Assembly (NCBI RefSeq): GCF_001194135.2
Contig: NC_068981.1
Span: forward strand, 151,284,893 to 151,325,975
DNA length: 41,083 nt
Direction of reading: 5' to 3'
From: Octopus bimaculoides
Taxonomy: Eukaryota
This document shows, piece after piece, positions 36,080-41,083 of the stretch; positions within the stretch are counted from its first letter, which is position 1; the number at the start of each line of letters is the position of its first letter. The notes below the pieces were generated by a model. It was given only the letters and a program-made list of their open reading frames with translations, made no database searches and had not been told where the DNA came from. Position numbers and translations under genes: made by a program.

Positions 36080-38240
36080 GGTCACTTGCTGGCTTGCGTC
36101 TACACAAACTAGCAATAAATGGGAGAATTCTCAGCTCTGTGAGTCGGGGAGTGGTAACACTGGTTAGAAAAGACCCGAGTGAGGGAGATCATATTCGTAA
36201 CTTCAGGCCCATAATTCTACTGAACGTAGAGTTAAAGATTTTGGCCAAGGTATTAGCAAAAAGGTTGACGCGTGTCGCGGAGAAACTTGTAGGGAAGGCG
36301 CAAACATTTGCCATCTCTGGCAGGTCAATCCAGGACAATCAACATCTCTTACGCTACACCTTAGACAGGGTAGGTAACGTATCCGGTAAAGGTGGGGCAT
36401 TGGTCCATTTAAACCAAAGCAAAGCTTACGATAGGGTTGACCATCAGTACCTGGCGGCAGTCCTTTAGGCGGCTGGGCTAGGCCCTGACTCCCGCAGTTG
36501 GATCAAGGCCATTTATGGTAGCATCAAATCCACAGTTCAAGTAAACGGTTACCTGTCGGAGCCGTTTGAGATCAAACGCTCGGTTCGTCAAGGATGCCTC
36601 CTGTCTTCGCTTCTGTAGGTACTCACTCTTGAGCCATTGCTGCGGAAGCTGGAGAGTTTGGTGGGCATCCCCAATGAAATCAGATGCGGTAAGAGTGTCT
36701 CTGTCTATGCGGATGACGTTACCATCACCGTGTCCAAGATGGCTCAGCTACAGTAGCGGAGGCAATCAGAAGATACGAGGCGGTGGCAGAGGCAAAAGTT
36801 AACAAGGATAAAAGTCCGTCGGTTTGCGGCTCGGCACCAGGAGCAGCAAGCCGATAACGTCCAGTATCGTAGGGCACTGGACGGATGGTCCTGTTAAGTT
36901 TCTTGGAGTTTGGTTTGGACCGGACTCCAAGACGGGGAAGAATTGGAGTGAGGTGAAAGACAGGGTAGAAACTCTAGCCCGGACTAGGTCCAGAAGGGCG
37001 CTGTCCCCGAAAGGGAGGGCGGAGGTGGTGCAGACGTATATTGCGTCTGTTATCACCTACCGTCTGACCGCTGTCCCTTACCCCGATTCGTGGTATGCAA
37101 GTTCGTACGAATTCTCTTCGGCTTTTTGTGGAGGGGGAAACCTTTGTGAGGCGCTTCGTATGCTGCCAAGAACCGCTAAAGGGTGGATTAGGGATGCCGT
37201 GGTTATTGATGTGCCGACATGCACTGAGACAAAGGCATCTCTGGCTCTGTGGAATTCGTTCGCAGGGGAATTCTTTCCACGACCAACCTCCTTGGAGGAA
37301 TTTACACCCGGTCGGATAAAAAGACAGAACACGACTGAATAACAAAAGGAATGTCGACAAGCACTCGCGCTAATCCACAAGGCGGGCAAGGCCGGCAGCG
37401 GGAATACCAGCTCTGCATTTTATAAAGGGTTGGTAGAGTATAAGAGTGATGACGTCCTAGGGGAGACTCTGGGGCTCGATGAGAACCAGCTCACCAAACT
37501 GTTTCAGAACACCTTCAGGTCAGGGTATTTGGATTATTACCAAAGATCTCTGACGTGGCAGTGTTTTAGGAATGCCCTACCTGTCCGCGAGAAATTGTCC
37601 AGGCACAGTTTATCAGTGGCACCCGAATGTCGAAGGTGCGGGCAGGACAAAGAAACTGTCTTGCACGCTCTTGTACAGTGCCCACAGCTTTCGGAATTGA
37701 CAATTTACGTAGAACACGTGCTGTCACACATAGGAAGAGTACAGCTATCAGCTGAGTCTCTGATAAAGATTGTTCCGCCAACTGGACTATCTAAAGGTGA
37801 GGCATGTTTTCTGTGTACACTCGCAGTAATGAAAGAGTGTGCATGGAAAACAAGAATGCAAGGAATCAAGACAGGATCCTTCATCTCCGGCACTGGACTG
37901 CTATTATACTTCAGGTACTACCTTAAGAGCAGCATAGGGCTGGTGATGAGGCAACTGTCGAGAAGCGTATATGAAAAAAGATGGAAGGATGTTGCGAGGA
38001 AGTTGGGAGTGACTGTCCCTTTTTAATTCCTCCCATGATAAAAGCATGGTGTAGTCGCTGGTCACCAAGCCAAAATTTTACAAACAAGTTATCATAAATT
38101 TTAAAAATTATATCTGTACATATAATTTATCAATTTTTATATAAACTCACTAAGCTTGTCTAAATGTTTGTAATGTCCTGTACTGTCCCTCTGTGTAGCG
38201 ATAATTATTTATCACAATAAAGAAAGAGAAAAAGAAAAAA
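36080..38240 (+). mobile_element. 5'-truncated Tx1/L1-clade LINE (element A): RT, zf-RVT, 3' UTR and A-rich tail
   Basis: NFRPIILLNVELKILAKVLAKRL, KAYDRVDH, VRQGC, YADD (36706-36717), KFLGV, CRRCGQDKETVLHALVQC; stop at 38026, AATAAA at 38216, A-rich tail to 38240. Several stops and frameshifts. Confidence 0.92.
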
Positions 38241-38250
38241 GCTGGTGATT

Positions 38251-40537
38251 CCCACTCATGGGTGTTGGTAGTGAATTCTTCGACGTAAGTTTGAATCGTT
38301 ACACACTGATGTTGTATGTTTGTTGTAGGTCTCCCCGCGCGGGTAAACCAAGATTCGTTGAATTGTTTAAATTGTTGAATTTTAGTCACTGCTTTGTTTG
38401 CATCTGTATATTCCCCGTCTACGGGAGGAGTGGAGAAAGGAAGAGAGATGGAAAATAGACAAAATTACGCAGCAGCAACGACCCAAGGAATAAATGTCAA
38501 CACCCTGGAAGTACAGGAAATAGAAATTGACATAAGAAAGTAGAAAGAAGGAAGCAAAATGGTAAAAAAAAGAGGGAGCCAGTCTAAAGCTGACGCCTCC
38601 AGAAGAACTGATGAACAGCGTAGTAAAGAGGACGGTAGTATACAGAACGTTGTCTACGTCCTCGAACAAGATAGAGTTCGGCCCAACAGAAGAAATACAG
38701 GAGTGCCTCGAAAAAGTTAAAAAATTAACCACATTCTATACACGTGGAAGAAAGTATGGCACGGTGGAAGTAAGGTTTGGCAACGAAGAAGATGCCATAA
38801 ACCACTCCACGGACCCGTTACGGACAACGAAATGGATACTACTTCCGACGTACTGTGGCAAACGTGTTGCCAGAGTGAGAGTTGGAAGATTGCCCTCCGA
38901 AATCGAGGAAGAATGGCAGCCATAATGCACTATATGAAGGAGGAGGCAGAAATCCTCAAGATAACGAGGACCCAAAAGGTCAATTGGTGGGGATATGGCC
39001 TCAAAGTGACTATGCAGTTGTCTTGGGAGGACTTGCATAGTGTAGCGGAGGAAATAGTACTCCCAGAAGACGACACTAGACTTCGAATAACAGTAGACGG
39101 AAGACCACCAACATGCTTCCTATGCGGCAAAAAAGGGCTCATGAAATCAAGATGTCCAGAGAAGGAAAACGAAGAGGAGAAGAAAAGTGAAGAAAACAAT
39201 ACAGAAGAGGAATCCTTCACAGTAGTAAACACGAGGAAGAGAAAGTAACGGGTGAACTCTCCCCCAGACAGTCAAAAAAAGGCTAAACGAGATTGTGACG
39301 GAAGAAAATAGAAATAGGTGTGTAGCACCAACAGGAGTAGTAGTGACAGAAGGCACACAGAAATAAACAACATTACAACCGGTAGAAAAAGGAAGCGTTT
39401 ATAATATTGGTTATGATATTTCTGCACGCCCGGACAGATCAGAACGGGAGCCGAAGCAAGCAGAAGTGAAAAGGAAGAGATATAATTGGCGTTTGGTCAC
39501 GTATACTAAAAGTACAGAAATAAAGAAAAATATTGTAAAATATAAATCAGTAATAAGAGTAAAGTTGCCGCTAGGAAAATACCTGGAAAACACTAAAGGA
39601 ATAGTCATAGATAGAGAGAGATTTGAGAAATTGTGAGAGATGTTTGGGAGTTACATGGACCCGCTGGGGGTTGAAGTCGAGTTTGACGAGCTCCCACCGG
39701 TCGTATAATTAGAAAATTTGAAACCCTTTATGAACATTTAAAAGCAAGTGAGTAAAATTTGTTTCTTAAAAAAAAGAGGAATATAAACTGTAAAAAAGTT
39801 CAACGGAAAAAGAAAAAGAACGATCCAAAAAAAGAAAGAAAGAAAAGACTGTAACAACGTTTAATTGTAAAAAAAGAAATCACGGTTTCGTCTCGGAGCG
39901 GAACCGAGAAAACCGTCTCATATTCATTGCAATTTAATTCATTTTACATTCATCCTTTCATGTGTTTTTCGTTCCCGCATGTCTGTAATAACGAATAGAT
40001 GATGATTGACACTTGGGGATGTGAGTTAACGATTTTTATTTGAATTTCTGAGTTGTTGAATTACGGAAATGGTGAGTTGATGTACCGTTGAATTATCGAA
40101 TTATTGTGTTGCATTTGTGAAATTGTTTATGTTGAAGATTTTGTTAGGCTCCCCCATTTCTGGGTGAAGCTGTGAATAACGGAAATATGAATTCACAGGT
40201 CCAGACAGGCAGTTATCCAGTGTTGCTGGATGACAAAAGGGGAGCTAGACTGACAGAGATATTCGGAAGCAGAGTGGACAATACACCATGTCGAATTCGA
40301 GACGATGAATTACCAACAGTGGTAAATTTTGAAGATCTAAATATTTTGGGGGGTAAACACGACACAGACTGAATAGTAAAAACAGTAAAATGGAACTTTC
40401 TACTTTGGTGGGTAGAAAATCATTTCATCATCATAATTTTTCACACATCATAATTCATTCGTAAATCATTCTATGTACCCCATGTTTGTTCTTGTAATGT
40501 CCTTTCTATATTAAGGCTTCATGCCGATAATAAAGAG
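38251..40537 (+). mobile_element. ORF1-only L1/Tx1-type element (element B) bounded by the 14-nt direct repeat AAAAGCTGGTGATT
   Basis: Disrupted gag-like ORF1 at 38448-39708 (MENRQNYAAAT...GRKYGTVEVRF...ITVDGRPPTCFLCGKKGLMKSRC; knuckle 39114-39155 with His>Leu). About 830 nt follow with no ORF2 motifs; AATAAA at 40529. Repeats at 38237-38250 and 40538-40551. Confidence 0.7.
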
Positions 40538-40545
40538 AAAAGCTG

Positions 40546-40604
40546 GTGATTAACACACGCTGAGGACGGGTAACCAACCAGAAACTCGAGTTCATGTGTA
40601 TCAC
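40546..40604 (+). ncRNA. Type I hammerhead ribozyme, partly decayed (HHR-D)
   Basis: GTGAT-ta-ACACACG-CTGAGGA(40560-40566)-CGGGT/AACC/AACCA-GAAAC(40581-40585)-TCGA-GTT^(40592)-CATGTGT-ATCAC. Helix III ACTCGAGT is a perfect palindrome; helix I has 11 of 12 pairs around a 2-nt bulge; helix II has 2 mismatches. Confidence 0.75.
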
Positions 40605-40874
40605 GTATCACGTAAGGTTAGAAAAGGGAGCGATGACCTCTCCTGGCATAGGCAGATGGAAGAGATGTCTTCCTGGGGTTATAAACGTCACTAGCACTGT
40701 CCCGTATGGGACGCCACACTTGGTTGGCAATTATATATATACATACCTGAGCTTCTCTGTGTCTATTTCTCCTGACCGCTGCTTAACGTCTGCTGTTGTT
40801 GTTTACGTTCCTGTATCTTAAGAGTTCAGTAAAATACCCAAATAAAATAAGTATCAGGTTTAAAAATGTATAAG

Positions 40875-40945
40875 GTAGATTCGTTCGACTAAAATTCTAC
40901 ACCGCGATACCCCAGCATGGCCATAATCTAAATGATTGAAACAAC
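40875..40945 (+). mobile_element. Degenerate OK-type SINE 3' tail
   Basis: TTCGTTCGACTAAA...CCAGCATGGCCA...AATGATTGAAACAA parallels 13881-13935. Confidence 0.55.
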
Positions 40946-41083
40946 TGTTGTGTGTGTGGATATATATATATGAGTATGCGTGTGTGTGCGTAAGACATAC
41001 ATATATATATATTTATATTTATATTTATATATATATATATTTAAATATATATATGTATTTATATATATATATATATATATATT

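Noticed and set aside
40172-40372. 66-aa ORF inside element B as a possible ORF2 remnant or novel small protein
   Set aside because: No APE, RT or zinc-finger motifs and a length expected by chance; a profile search would be needed.
26400-41083. Exon 3 of the lectin pseudogene
   Set aside because: Looked for FYFGL, WQNG and WND-like sequence and the GTTTTTCAG acceptor; none found in the called bases.

Overview
AT-rich, microsatellite-dense eukaryotic genomic DNA with seven N gaps. The SINE families and repeat landscape point to a coleoid cephalopod, most likely Octopus (inference, no search run). One intact host gene is supported: a 3-exon + strand gene (547/595-901, 6791-6964, 10214-10446) encoding signal peptide + PAN/apple domain + C-type lectin domain. 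About 23 kb downstream is a disabled tandem paralogue (23367-23714, 26218-26393) with no visible exon 3. The rest is mostly transposon debris: R4/Dong-like RLE LINEs in (TAA)n arrays, Tx1/L1-clade LINE pieces, an ORF1-only LINE with a 14-nt TSD, a CR1-group LINE lacking RT, a Penelope-like GIY-YIG element, Helitrons, Tc1/mariner and pogo relics, tRNA-SINEs and foldback elements. The most striking unannotated signal is four type I hammerhead ribozymes (12757-12875 -, 14040-14109 -, 19618-19695 +, 40546-40604 +) plus one relic, all with a very short palindromic helix III (dimer-type). In the Penelope-like element, the 5' inverted segment begins within 1 nt of the predicted ribozyme cleavage site. 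All alignments and folds were done by eye.
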